Below, piece by piece: positions 28,883 through 38,630 of a stretch of 64,000 nt of DNA (within the stretch, counting starts at the first letter, position 1; each line of letters begins with the position of its first letter). Location of the stretch: the IMG/VR virus record IMGVR_UViG_3300045522_000058; one strand, 5' to 3'. The translations under genes and the position numbers were made by a program. This stretch comes from a virus. The notes beneath the pieces were generated by a model. That model did not search any database and was not told where the DNA came from. It saw only the letters and a program-made list of their open reading frames with translations.

Positions 28883-30172
28883 ATGTTTTGGAATAGTGAT
28901 AGAACGCCGACATATGGTTACCATCTGACGCCTGTCGAATTTAATGGCGATGACGCTATTATTAAGATGGATGATGGATGGAATGGATATGCAAATAATC
29001 TCCCATCCGACGATAATCTTGTAAAAATGTCTGCTGCAGAACTCGCTGAACATGCGGGGTTTGGAACTGATAAGTTTCAGGGCGTTATTGATTATTCCAT
29101 TCGTCGGTGGCGGGTTAATCCAGCTGGTTCTCTGATCAATATTATTAAGGATATTGATCAAGGGAGCGCTGGTCAGCCTATGTTTTCTGATATTCAATCC
29201 CAGTCGCAAGTTATTGGCGCTGCTATCCTGGGGAAGATACTGGTAGAGCGAAACATGACGGGTGTATGGGGTGGTAAGTTTAAGGATCAACTGGGTCGAA
29301 AAGATCGTTGGAAAATTACCCAGGACTATTGCGCGATGACAGCTCTGGGCGATGAAGCGGCTAAAGTGAATGCACTCGGCCGCGCCTTCAGAATTTTTGA
29401 GGAAAAGAACCGTGCGATGGTTCGTGAAGGTCTCGTTAAATTGCCTAAGAAACTATATCGAGGCATTCGTAATAGAGATCTGAAAATTGATACGTCAGTG
29501 ATTGATCCAGAGCTTGGTCGATATGAGCGCGCAGTGCATGTTCATCAAATTCGGCGTGAATTGATGCTTAATAACGAGCTTGCAGATTTTTCACATTCAG
29601 AAATTCTGTCTTTTAGCGCAAATAGAAGCATTGCAGAATATTTTGCGCATCAGGAAGGTTACGTTCTCGAAGTTGACCCATCGGAGGTGTCAGTCGTTTC
29701 CGGATGGTGTCTTGATGATGCGCTGAGCGGAAAAGATCAGGTTACTGGAAAAGAAGAACGCGAATGGATTATGAGAGTAGGTAATTACACTCTTAAACCA
29801 GAAAACATCATCAATAGAGATGATGACATTGCATGGGTTTCACGCGATGTCAGCGGTATAGAAATGATAAATACGAATTCTGTTCGGGGCCTGTATAAAT
29901 TAAACGGGATCAGAATCGAATGTAATAGTTACTGGAATGAAAAAGGAACAAAGGCAGACCTTTATTTCCGTAATCATGACAGTGAATTTGGCAGCTCTTT
30001 TAAAAGGGGTGAATTTAAGCGGAATTATGGGTTTGATCCTCTTCCTTCTCCTAAAGATAAGGTCGAAGATATCGAGTTTTACACGTACGACCGATATTCA
30101 AGCAGAAATTCTGATAAGCTCATTCCCGAAATTGATCTGGATATGGATTTTGGACAATCTCATTCGCTGTAG
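28883..30172 (+). CDS. Protein with R-S-E type ADP-ribosyltransferase-like domain
   Basis: KLYRGI...ILSFS....IAEYFA..GYVLE...EEREW. Confidence 0.6.
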   Translation: MFWNSDRTPTYGYHLTPVEFNGDDAIIKMDDGWNGYANNLPSDDNLVKMSAAELAEHAGFGTDKFQGVIDYSIRRWRVNPAGSLINIIKDIDQGSAGQPMFSDIQSQSQVIGAAILGKILVERNMTGVWGGKFKDQLGRKDRWKITQDYCAMTALGDEAAKVNALGRAFRIFEEKNRAMVREGLVKLPKKLYRGIRNRDLKIDTSVIDPELGRYERAVHVHQIRRELMLNNELADFSHSEILSFSANRSIAEYFAHQEGYVLEVDPSEVSVVSGWCLDDALSGKDQVTGKEEREWIMRVGNYTLKPENIINRDDDIAWVSRDVSGIEMINTNSVRGLYKLNGIRIECNSYWNEKGTKADLYFRNHDSEFGSSFKRGEFKRNYGFDPLPSPKDKVEDIEFYTYDRYSSRNSDKLIPEIDLDMDFGQSHSL

Positions 30173-30231
30173 GATGTTGCAAACTGATTGTCGAACAAGT
30201 TGACGTACTGTGATTGACCTTGTAATGCCTG

Positions 30232-30960
30232 ATGAAAAGGACTTTTATGCGGTTATATCACGGTACAACGTCTCTTCATCTTACATCTGTTTTGAATGAC
30301 GGATTGCAGCCTCGTGGAGAAAAGCCTTCACTTTGGGCTGCCGCGAGTAACGCAGGTCTTGTCTACCTTACCACAGCTTATGCGTTACATTTTGCAGGTC
30401 ATGCGACGTGGAAAGACCCTATTGGCGATGTTATGCTGATTGAACTGGACAGTGAGAAGTTCCCTGACAGACACGAATTGCTAGCGGATGAGGACGCGAT
30501 AGTAGGCGCAATCCAGCTTGGTGCAATGCATTATCCGGATTTTGCTGAGTATGATTATAACCTGAATTCACATGATCTGGCTCAGTTGGTGGCTACAGAC
30601 CTGGATAAATGGTCAAAAATTGGCGCTGATGCCCAATGGTCATTAAATGTCATAGGAAACTGCACTTACAAGGGAATTATTCCGCCATCGGCTATTACGC
30701 GCATCGTTACGTATGATGCAAAAACCGAATGGTGGATCGGTTTTCATGATCCATTGATCAGTATTCAAAACTTCAGATTTGTCGGCGCTGAAATTGCTCA
30801 GGCGCAGCTGGTTTTATTTGATCGAATGGAAGAGGCTCAGGCCGTGACAACATTCCTTCCTACTGTGTACTCTTTAAGCGAATTGCATGATTTCGTGGAA
30901 AAACATCGGACAGGTATGTGGGATCGAGTGGATGGTAAACTGGTTAAAGTGTTCGGTTAG
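30232..30960 (+). CDS. ADP-ribosyltransferase-fold protein (H-Y type), putative
   Basis: LYHGTTS...VLNDGLQPR...VYLT..YALHFA...LIELD...ADED. Confidence 0.6.
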   Translation: MKRTFMRLYHGTTSLHLTSVLNDGLQPRGEKPSLWAAASNAGLVYLTTAYALHFAGHATWKDPIGDVMLIELDSEKFPDRHELLADEDAIVGAIQLGAMHYPDFAEYDYNLNSHDLAQLVATDLDKWSKIGADAQWSLNVIGNCTYKGIIPPSAITRIVTYDAKTEWWIGFHDPLISIQNFRFVGAEIAQAQLVLFDRMEEAQAVTTFLPTVYSLSELHDFVEKHRTGMWDRVDGKLVKVFG

Positions 30961-31035
30961 TTGTTAGTGCATGTTGGCTATCCGCCAATCAGAATGAAAT
31001 TGAATTCCAATCTGAAAGACGAATAGCCTTTTTGG

Positions 31036-32220
31036 TCATCGTCGTTTTCTGAGTAAATCTACGGCTTCGGAGATTGACATTACAACTTGCGATCCATCTG
31101 CTTCTCTCACAGTCACCTGCCCTGCTTCAGATTCTCGACGACCAATGATGAGACTGACTGGTATTTTCTCATTGTGAGCATGAACGAGCTTGCGAGACAG
31201 GCTCTCATTCATTTCATAGAGAACGGAGCGAACACCTTCTTCAAAAAGGGTTTCATGTACCGACCTTGCGTTTTCCAGCTGGCCTTCTGCAATAGGAATG
31301 ACTGCCACCTGCTCTGGAGACAACCAGTATGGAAGATTGCCATTGTGTTCTTCTAATAAAATTGCAAGAAAGCGCCCCATCGAACCGAACACGGCATGGT
31401 GGATCATCATAGGAACGGCAGGCTTACCATCCTTGTCGATATAAGACGCACCGAGACGCTTTGGAAGAACAACGTCGAGCTGGACAGTTCCACACTGCCA
31501 TGAACGTCCCTGACGGTCTTTCAGTACGAATTCGAGCTTAGGGCCATAGAATGCACCCTCGCCTGGCTGAATATTAACAACAACGCCTCGCTGCTTGGCC
31601 GCAAGAGCGAGTTGCTCCTCCGCCCAGTCCCATAGTTCATCTGAACCAGCCCTGACCTGCGGTCTCGTCGATAGGGCAATCTCATAGTTGGCAAAGCCGA
31701 GATCAACATAGACCTGATGGAGCAGGCCGATGAAGCGTGCAACTTCTCTCTGAACATCGTCTTCGCGGCAAAGAACGTGGGCATCATCTTGTTCGAAAGC
31801 TCTGGTCCTCATGAGGCCGTGCATAGACCCAGAAGGTTCATTGCGATGGCAAGCTCCAAATTCTGCATAGCGGATCGGCAATTCACGCCAGGATCTGATT
31901 CCCTGATTGAAGATTTGCACATGGCAAGGGCATGACATTGGCTTTAAAGCAAATTCATGTTCGTCCTCATCTGAAACGCAGTACATGTTTTGTTTGAATT
32001 TGTCCCAGTGACCACTTTGTTCCCACAGCTCACGAGGCAAAAGCTGAGGCGTGCGAACTTCTTTGTAGCCAAGGCCGCGCATTTTCTTACGGATGTAATC
32101 TTCCAGCACCCTGTAGACAGCATAGCCGCGAGGGTGCCAAAAAACCATGCCAGGTGCATTCTCCTGAATATGATAAAGTTTGAGTTCGGAGCCTAAGCGG
32201 CGATGATCATTAATTTCCAT
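31036..32220 (-). CDS. thrS: Threonyl-tRNA synthetase, short form lacking the N-terminal TGS/editing domains
   Basis: Begins at DHRRLG; LKPMSCPCH, RNEPSG..HGLMR.R.F.QDDAH, GEGAFYGPK, QCGTVQLD, and C-terminal anticodon-binding domain. 394 aa. Confidence 0.95.
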   Translation of the reverse strand: MEINDHRRLGSELKLYHIQENAPGMVFWHPRGYAVYRVLEDYIRKKMRGLGYKEVRTPQLLPRELWEQSGHWDKFKQNMYCVSDEDEHEFALKPMSCPCHVQIFNQGIRSWRELPIRYAEFGACHRNEPSGSMHGLMRTRAFEQDDAHVLCREDDVQREVARFIGLLHQVYVDLGFANYEIALSTRPQVRAGSDELWDWAEEQLALAAKQRGVVVNIQPGEGAFYGPKLEFVLKDRQGRSWQCGTVQLDVVLPKRLGASYIDKDGKPAVPMMIHHAVFGSMGRFLAILLEEHNGNLPYWLSPEQVAVIPIAEGQLENARSVHETLFEEGVRSVLYEMNESLSRKLVHAHNEKIPVSLIIGRRESEAGQVTVREADGSQVVMSISEAVDLLRKRR

Positions 32221-32273
32221 TTGGATGTTCCTTACTTTTATTAGATGAAGGCACGAGGAACAATTCCAGAAGT

Positions 32274-32303
32274 AGAAAAGGCCTCGTCCATGATGGCGGG
32301 GCC
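32274..32303 (-). terminator. Attenuator terminator in the thrS leader
   Basis: Minus strand GGCCCCGCCA-TCA-TGGACGAGGCC-TTTTCT. Confidence 0.7.
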
Positions 32304-32328
32304 CGTTTGAAGTGAAAGCTAAATTTGA

Positions 32329-32403
32329 TTAGCTCAAGACACCACGAAGCGACCCGCCGTAAGCGGTCGTTGTGGTCAAGGCGATATATAAAATAGCTCT
32401 CAT
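32329..32403 (-). CDS. Thr-rich leader peptide of thrS
   Basis: MRAILYIALTTTTAYGGSLRGVLS then stop; ACC ACA ACG ACC run followed by GGCGGG, complementary to the terminator's CCCGCC arm. Confidence 0.85.
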   Translation of the reverse strand: MRAILYIALTTTTAYGGSLRGVLS

Positions 32404-32489
32404 AATTTAATTCATGTCTTGGTTAAATCCTATTGTCAATAGCATCAATGTTGATCTAGGCATAAAAGGCTCTCAAAATAGTAATATAG

Positions 32490-33515
32490 TTGATAAAGAG
32501 GCCTAAGATGATCGAGTATAAGCATTTGACTGATATGGATTTAGATTTTCTAGGTGAAGAAACTCGAAAAGTAGTTTCTAATATGCCTGTTTTAAACAGC
32601 CGGTCAAAAAAACTTAATATTCATGAAATAATGGGTCCTGTTAGTGCGCTGATTGAAAATATTCGTGACGATAAAACCCGTCACATGTCAGACGATGACC
32701 TGCGGCAAAAAATAGGCAGTGAACTGCTCGTATATTGTCACTTGTATTACCTTTCTCAATATCCCGAAGACCCATACGCGTGCATGAAGGAATTTAAAAA
32801 TACCGTTGATTGGATTTCAAAATCAAATCTGACGGTAGAACAGAATGAAACTCTGCGACCGATATCAGCTTTCATAGGAGATTCTTTAGATAAATTGAAA
32901 GGTGAAGATGTCGAGACAGAATTTCTGCGTAGTATTAAGTCTCTTAATTTTCTATTGACTTCGGCTAAGTTAAAATTTGATAGCGAAGATCCTCGTTATG
33001 CGGCAATTGACGAAATAAGTATGCTTGGATCATTTGTAATAGTGTTCGGTGAAGATCATTACCATGCATTCAAAAGTGTAATAAATGAAAGTCATCGGCG
33101 AAAAATGGAACTAAATAAAGAGTTTGATATTGTTACGCAAAAGAAAGCGGATCGTATGGAAGATGGATATAAATTTGATAGATCAACAGCTGAAGATGCG
33201 GTGCAAAAATACATAGAGTTAAAACTTGGAATGCCGTTGGAAATATTCTTGTCAAATACACCTGGGGTAGTCGCCATGGAGCGTCCAAGTTATATCGATG
33301 AAGATAAGATCGATCTTGAAGAATTGGCCGAATTCGTTTCGACCAAGGTGGGGATAGAAGTCGTCGCTATCGACCACTGTGATTGGACTTTCGACGATGA
33401 TTGCGATCAAGAAGCACTTTGCATCGCATTCGATGTTCCTGATCTAGAGCCAGAGTACAGGAGTAAAACTAGTAACTTAATAAAACGTGACCAGCCAACT
33501 CCTATGAAAACATAG
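32490..33515 (+). CDS. Hypothetical protein
   Basis: 341-aa ORF; ends PTPMKT. Confidence 0.7.
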   Translation: MIKRPKMIEYKHLTDMDLDFLGEETRKVVSNMPVLNSRSKKLNIHEIMGPVSALIENIRDDKTRHMSDDDLRQKIGSELLVYCHLYYLSQYPEDPYACMKEFKNTVDWISKSNLTVEQNETLRPISAFIGDSLDKLKGEDVETEFLRSIKSLNFLLTSAKLKFDSEDPRYAAIDEISMLGSFVIVFGEDHYHAFKSVINESHRRKMELNKEFDIVTQKKADRMEDGYKFDRSTAEDAVQKYIELKLGMPLEIFLSNTPGVVAMERPSYIDEDKIDLEELAEFVSTKVGIEVVAIDHCDWTFDDDCDQEALCIAFDVPDLEPEYRSKTSNLIKRDQPTPMKT

Positions 33516-33537
33516 GAGACGACTGGGAGGGGGGTAA

Positions 33538-34374
33538 ATGAACAAGCCAAAACGTGAGGTGATGGCAACGGTTCCAAAGAGAAGGTTTCAAAATATCGGG
33601 TACGGTTTTATTCCGGTAGCTGCCCAACAGTGGGACTTGCGAATAGAGGCGGTGCAAAAGGTCGCTCAGCTTCTTAATAGTGGTGAAATGCCGCAAAATG
33701 ATGAAGAAAACATAAAAAATTTTCGGATTCTAAAAGGAATGTTTTTCGCGTTAGTGACGGGTGATCAATGGGATTGGTTTACATCCGCACGTATGCTTGG
33801 GTTTCCATCTGCTGATTTATCTCGGCAAATCTCTATTCGATTCCATCGAATGGCGCAGGCAGTCACAGATCAATCCGATGGCTATTATGAAAAATGCTTA
33901 AATTATCTAAATAAGAATCACGTTGGCGAAATGCTTGAAAATTATATGGATATCGCTTGCAGAAGCCAGCATCCCGTAGAAGAAGAAGGGTGGGCATATA
34001 TATTATGGTCGAGCTCGACGCCTGACGAATTGTTTATTGGTTCAAGTGGAGGGCAGATAGATGAAGTGACAAGGAGTCTGCGTAACGAAAACCCCGATAA
34101 AGATCCCTATGGCGTTCTTGGAGCGTGGCTTGTTCACGACCCTGTCAGGGCCTTTCAAGATATTCGGGAGAAGTTATCAGGTAATAGTCTCGGATGCGGT
34201 TTCTACCGAATTGAATTAGGTCTAGCTAAGGAAATCGTAAACAGCACTCTTCAAATGACAGACAACTATGCAAGTTCCCCATGGCATGTTTGTGACTTAC
34301 AGCCCGCGATAAATAACGAAATAATTATCAGTGAGCCGGAACCTGAGGTTATGTCCTACGGAATGGGAATGTAA
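33538..34374 (+). CDS. Protein with T5orf172/GIY-YIG-like C-terminal domain
   Basis: EGWAYIL......LFIG...R.L.N.NP...PYGVL..W; ends YGMGM. Confidence 0.5.
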   Translation: MNKPKREVMATVPKRRFQNIGYGFIPVAAQQWDLRIEAVQKVAQLLNSGEMPQNDEENIKNFRILKGMFFALVTGDQWDWFTSARMLGFPSADLSRQISIRFHRMAQAVTDQSDGYYEKCLNYLNKNHVGEMLENYMDIACRSQHPVEEEGWAYILWSSSTPDELFIGSSGGQIDEVTRSLRNENPDKDPYGVLGAWLVHDPVRAFQDIREKLSGNSLGCGFYRIELGLAKEIVNSTLQMTDNYASSPWHVCDLQPAINNEIIISEPEPEVMSYGMGM

Positions 34375-34541
34375 TATTCCGTTTGGATTTTAATTTATGG
34401 GAAACGAACAGCCCTGGTTTTGCACGATTTCATCGGGAACCAGGGCTGTTTTCGGAAATCAATATTTAATTTCCTAATTGTGATCAACACTCTAAAGAAA
34501 ACTCCTTCTGCGACTAGAAGGGGTCATTGTTACAGTATCAA

Positions 34542-34790
34542 TTATGCGGTCGCTAGCGCATTAGAATTGGCAAGAATTAGTGCAAGTCCACGCTTGATAT
34601 CTTTTGCTGCATTTTTCATTGCGTGATGGCAGGACGCTGAAATCGGCATCGTATACCGATATCCACGCTGCATACCAGTCTTACGAAATTCGTAAATAGC
34701 ATGGCTATTGCTCCTGATTAGGATCATTTCATCGGCACCGGATAGTTTAAAAACTTCCTTGGCGAACTTTTTCGTTGAAATGCCACTCAT
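34542..34790 (-). CDS. HicA-like small basic protein
   Basis: 82 aa, RSNSHAIY...PISAS...AMKN..KDIKR; GGAG RBS. Confidence 0.45.
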   Translation of the reverse strand: MSGISTKKFAKEVFKLSGADEMILIRSNSHAIYEFRKTGMQRGYRYTMPISASCHHAMKNAAKDIKRGLALILANSNALATA

Positions 34791-34947
34791 GGTTATTTTC
34801 TCCGTGTTGCAAAGCCGTTGATAAATTCTTGGGGGCGGCTTCTGGAGGTGGTTTTTATTGCCGATTTGCTAAATAGTCAATAGATATTGCTGGTAAAATA
34901 AAATTTTAATTATTTTTACGAATGAAAACCATCATATTAAAGAAACC

Positions 34948-35030
34948 GATATGATTTCAAAATGAAATAAAACCACTTAAAACCCCCAGAAAACTGAATT
35001 TTTAAGTGGTTTCTAGCTTGAAATCATATC
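34948..35030. repeat. Nested inverted repeats
   Basis: Outer pair GATATGATTTCAA / TTGAAATCATATC; inner pair AAACCACTTAAAA-N17-TTTTAAGTGGTTT. Confidence 0.7.
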
Positions 35031-35047
35031 TGCATTAGTTGCTAAAC

Positions 35048-35749
35048 TTAAGCGTTTCCCTTTTTATCGGCAGCCGTCATAGCAATTCGAATATCCTCGC
35101 AAAGTTGGATGTCCCAGGAAAAAAACGGAAGAATAGTTTCTCTAACAAGTACTGATTCTAATTCCGGAGCAGGCCCATATATATTTTCTGGCGACACATC
35201 GTCGTTAATACCAAGCGTCTGCGCGATGCTGTTTAAATGTGAATACGGTAAGATCAATATATCTTTGGAATTGGTTTCATTTAATCCATCGGATCGATTC
35301 GTAGAGTTCTGCGTCGGCATTAGATAAAAATATTGGCTTTTATGATTTTCAGGAATGTGATGAATAATCTCGTTATAGCCAAAAAGACTTCCATTTTCTC
35401 TGGTTCTGGCGGGGTTTACCTCAGCAGGTATGCAGGCGCTGTTGAGCATAAGCCAATTATTGAAATCATATTTTTTCGCCTCATCCCCGTATATTTCAAG
35501 GCTGAAGGTGCTCGCATCATCATTCCTATGTGATGAATAGAAATCCCACAGTCGACTGATAGGGTCACGGATGATCGCAAATTTTTCGTAATGCTTGTAT
35601 TCAGTCGGTATGCCATCACTTTCCATCTGATCGTATAGCGGTCGTGCTTCTGGATATTTTCGCATAATAGCATTGGTAAGTTTGCCATCCTCGTTGAATG
35701 GAATGCGAATATAAATAGCGTTGATCTCAGGAATAATAATCATAAGCAA
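35048..35749 (-). CDS. Sulfotransferase family 2-like protein (divergent)
   Basis: AIYIRIP, FAIIRDPISRL..FY and SQ motifs; the usual PAPS-binding KTGGTS motif is not intact. Confidence 0.5.
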   Translation of the reverse strand: MLMIIIPEINAIYIRIPFNEDGKLTNAIMRKYPEARPLYDQMESDGIPTEYKHYEKFAIIRDPISRLWDFYSSHRNDDASTFSLEIYGDEAKKYDFNNWLMLNSACIPAEVNPARTRENGSLFGYNEIIHHIPENHKSQYFYLMPTQNSTNRSDGLNETNSKDILILPYSHLNSIAQTLGINDDVSPENIYGPAPELESVLVRETILPFFSWDIQLCEDIRIAMTAADKKGNA

Positions 35750-35963
35750 TGCACCTTTTTCGTCTCACGATAAGTGTGTTAATCGTTTTCACAACAGTCA
35801 ACCAAATTTGGGTCTGAAAATTCGATAGTAATTAAAAATTCTGTTGACGAAGAGCCGGAGAAAATGAAATTATTGTATAAAAGATTGCTCTAATTGCTTT
35901 TTTAGGAAACATCGCGTTGATATTTATGTAGCAATCATTATGTTATTATGAAAAGGAGATAAT

Positions 35964-36515
35964 ATGAAGCGTTCAGTCGTTGTTTCGTTGGTTATTATGG
36001 GGGCGGCTTCAACATTGGCTGCTTGCGAGGATACGACCATTAAGTCATCTGTTTTCTCGACTGTTGACGAGTGTTCTATTTCGACGGATTACTCTCGTGA
36101 ACGTTGTGAGCAGGATTATGCTGAGGCAAAGAAGGCTCATGAAAAGTATGCTCCAGCTTTCAATTCGCAGACAGACTGTGAAGCCGAATTTGGTGCTGGA
36201 AAATGTGAACCAGCAAAGACTGAAAACGCTGCGTCAGCTGCTTCGTCTGGTTCGCACAGTTCTTTTGTTCCGTTGATGATGGGGTATATGATGGGTTCCC
36301 GAATTGGTGAGACAAACCGATCAATGGCACCGCAGGCTCTTTATAAACCTTCGAATGGCAGTAACTTTGTCAATTCAAATGGCGCGTCTGTCGCAAGCAG
36401 GGTTGGACGCGTGACTATGTCTGGTCGTTCGGATGCTGCTCGCGCACCAGTTACACATACCAGGACGCTTGCACGTGGCGGGTTTGGTTCGCGTTCAATG
36501 AGTTTTGCAGGTTGA
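35964..36515 (+). CDS. ygiB: DUF1190 (YgiB-like) lipoprotein
   Basis: Lipobox LAAC; C...C...APAF....CEAEFG.G.C, FVPLMMGYMMG and RGGFG. Confidence 0.85.
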   Translation: MKRSVVVSLVIMGAASTLAACEDTTIKSSVFSTVDECSISTDYSRERCEQDYAEAKKAHEKYAPAFNSQTDCEAEFGAGKCEPAKTENAASAASSGSHSSFVPLMMGYMMGSRIGETNRSMAPQALYKPSNGSNFVNSNGASVASRVGRVTMSGRSDAARAPVTHTRTLARGGFGSRSMSFAG

Positions 36516-37679
36516 TTGATGAAAAGAATTGCATTCGAAGAGCGGTCTGATTGGCAGCGGGACGCGGAGTATGTGGGTTTCGAATTTCACACAATGGATG
36601 GCGAGCGTTATTGGGATGAGCGTCACGCTTATCAATTATCGTTAGAGCAAATTGAGAAAGATATCGAGGACCCGACGCAAGAGTTGTTGGGGATGTGTTA
36701 CGAGGCGGTTGCTCGCATTGTAGATACTCCATCGCTCATGAGTAATCTGGCAATTCCAGAGGATTTCCATTTTGCGGTTAAACAGTCGTGGGAAAATCGT
36801 GAATTCGATCTCTATGGCCGATTTGATTTTGCATATGACGGCACGGGTCCGGCAAAGATGCTGGAGTTCAACGCTGACACCCCTACGAGCCTCTTTGAGG
36901 CGTCTGTTTTCCAGTGGCGCTGGTTTGAAGCCATGAAGGCATCGGGGAAGCTCCCTGCAAATGCTGATCAGTATAATTCGATCCATGATCGTCTTATCCA
37001 GTCGATCCCTGTGATTGCACGTGGTGACAAGAGCATTCACTTCGCGGCCGTATCCGACGCTGTCGAAGACTGGGGAACGGTCACATATCTCGCTGATTGC
37101 GCGACGCAGGCCGGGTACAAGGCAACATTAATCGATATCGCGCATGTAGGTGTTGACGCTGGTGGCTGGTTTACCGATACCGACGACCAGCAAATCGAAA
37201 ACCTTTTCAAGCTCTATCCGCTTGAAGATATGGTGCGTGAGGAATTTGGTCAGTATCTGAAGCACACCCCTACCCGCGTAATCGAACCGCTCTGGAAGAT
37301 TGTGCTATCGAACAAGGGGTTGTTGCCGATCTTATGGGAAATGTTTGAAGGCCATCCTAACCTTCTACCAGCTTTCTTTGATCACGACCCGCGTGCGGCC
37401 TCATTGGGCAGTTCTTATGTTCGCAAGCCACTTCTCTCCCGCGAGGGTGCAAACGTAACTATCGTCGACGACAAAATGGGCATCTCGGTCGACGGTCCAT
37501 ACGGAGAAGAAGGTTATGTTCGTCAAGAATTTCATGCCCTGCCTCGCTTTGGCGACGATTGGGCTGTTATCGGTTCGTGGGTGGTTGCAGGAAAAGCATG
37601 TGGTATTGGCATCCGAGAAGATGACTCTCCTGTCACACGAAACACATCGCGTTTCATTCCTCATTTTGTCATCGATTGA
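36516..37679 (+). CDS. ygiC: Glutathionylspermidine synthase family ATP-grasp protein (YgiC-like)
   Basis: YWDE, LYGRFDF, LEFNADTPTSLFE, FKLYP, EP.WK..LSNKG, KPLLSREGAN and GIRED. Confidence 0.9.
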   Translation: MMKRIAFEERSDWQRDAEYVGFEFHTMDGERYWDERHAYQLSLEQIEKDIEDPTQELLGMCYEAVARIVDTPSLMSNLAIPEDFHFAVKQSWENREFDLYGRFDFAYDGTGPAKMLEFNADTPTSLFEASVFQWRWFEAMKASGKLPANADQYNSIHDRLIQSIPVIARGDKSIHFAAVSDAVEDWGTVTYLADCATQAGYKATLIDIAHVGVDAGGWFTDTDDQQIENLFKLYPLEDMVREEFGQYLKHTPTRVIEPLWKIVLSNKGLLPILWEMFEGHPNLLPAFFDHDPRAASLGSSYVRKPLLSREGANVTIVDDKMGISVDGPYGEEGYVRQEFHALPRFGDDWAVIGSWVVAGKACGIGIREDDSPVTRNTSRFIPHFVID

Positions 37680-37715
37680 AAATAATAACCCGAGGCCAAA
37701 ACCTCGGGTTATTCA

Positions 37716-38516
37716 TTACGGCTTCAAGAATACAGATTTTTGATTGGTTTTTTCCAAATAGTTATCAAGACCAACTTCAATCTGATGTATGAGTTCCGGG
37801 TCTTTAAGAATCGAAACATCATTTGCCCACATGCTGTCTTTATAGGTGTAGGCTGGCTCTATGAGCGGATTATTTTTTAAAGCTGCAATAAAAGACGGAC
37901 AATCAATCCATTCTTTGTTAGGGGATAGATGGACACGTCCATTCTCTTTGACGTTGGCCTCGAAAATAATTGCCTTTAGCTGGTTGGCTGTATTGACATC
38001 AACAATACACAACAAAGCCCTGCGCTCTTCGTCAAAGTCATAAATCGGGTATTTAAGTCCAAAATCACTAGCCAAACCGATAATATCGTCAGCATGATCG
38101 GTTAATGATTGATATGTCGGCGAATTGTCAATTCTAGTTAGCTTCCGTGTTCCTTGAGGGAGATTTTGGAGTTCGGATAAAGGTGTATAGGAAATATAAT
38201 TTTCAGGAGCAGGGATTTCTCTCACCATTCCTGATTTTTCCAGAGCCTGAAAAAGTTCTTTTGAATTTCTTCTGTGGTAATGGGATTCAAATAGGTGCGG
38301 CGGCATCCAGAATGAAACTGGTGGCGTTTCTCCCAAGTCGTTCAAAATGAAATCGCCTCCCATGAGAAGGTGAAATTGATCGCCTGGTTCTGCATTTTTG
38401 CCTTCATAAATTGAATCCCAGGCCTGAGATGCTCCAATATAGGTATTTGATGGCGCTGCCCCTACCCGTTGAAGATAATAAATTGGCTCGACCACTTCGT
38501 AGTACTTGTTATGCAT
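37716..38516 (-). CDS. Hypothetical protein
   Basis: AAGGA RBS; 266 aa; hairpin AATAACCCGAGG / CCTCGGGTTATT lies between this gene and ygiC. Confidence 0.7.
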   Translation of the reverse strand: MHNKYYEVVEPIYYLQRVGAAPSNTYIGASQAWDSIYEGKNAEPGDQFHLLMGGDFILNDLGETPPVSFWMPPHLFESHYHRRNSKELFQALEKSGMVREIPAPENYISYTPLSELQNLPQGTRKLTRIDNSPTYQSLTDHADDIIGLASDFGLKYPIYDFDEERRALLCIVDVNTANQLKAIIFEANVKENGRVHLSPNKEWIDCPSFIAALKNNPLIEPAYTYKDSMWANDVSILKDPELIHQIEVGLDNYLEKTNQKSVFLKP

Positions 38517-38630
38517 CGCAATATCCTTCTTGTTGGATAAATTATAAATAAGCTCTTTGCATCAAACAATGTGGGTGTTGGCTTTCAAAGTCATATGCTA
38601 ATATTTGGAAAATCAGTAAGGTGCTTCAAC

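Noticed and set aside
34406-34452. 13-bp inverted repeat AACAGCCCTGGTT / AACCAGGGCTGTT as a recombination site
   Set aside because: It is a GC-rich stem followed by Ts just after a stop codon, which fits an ordinary terminator.
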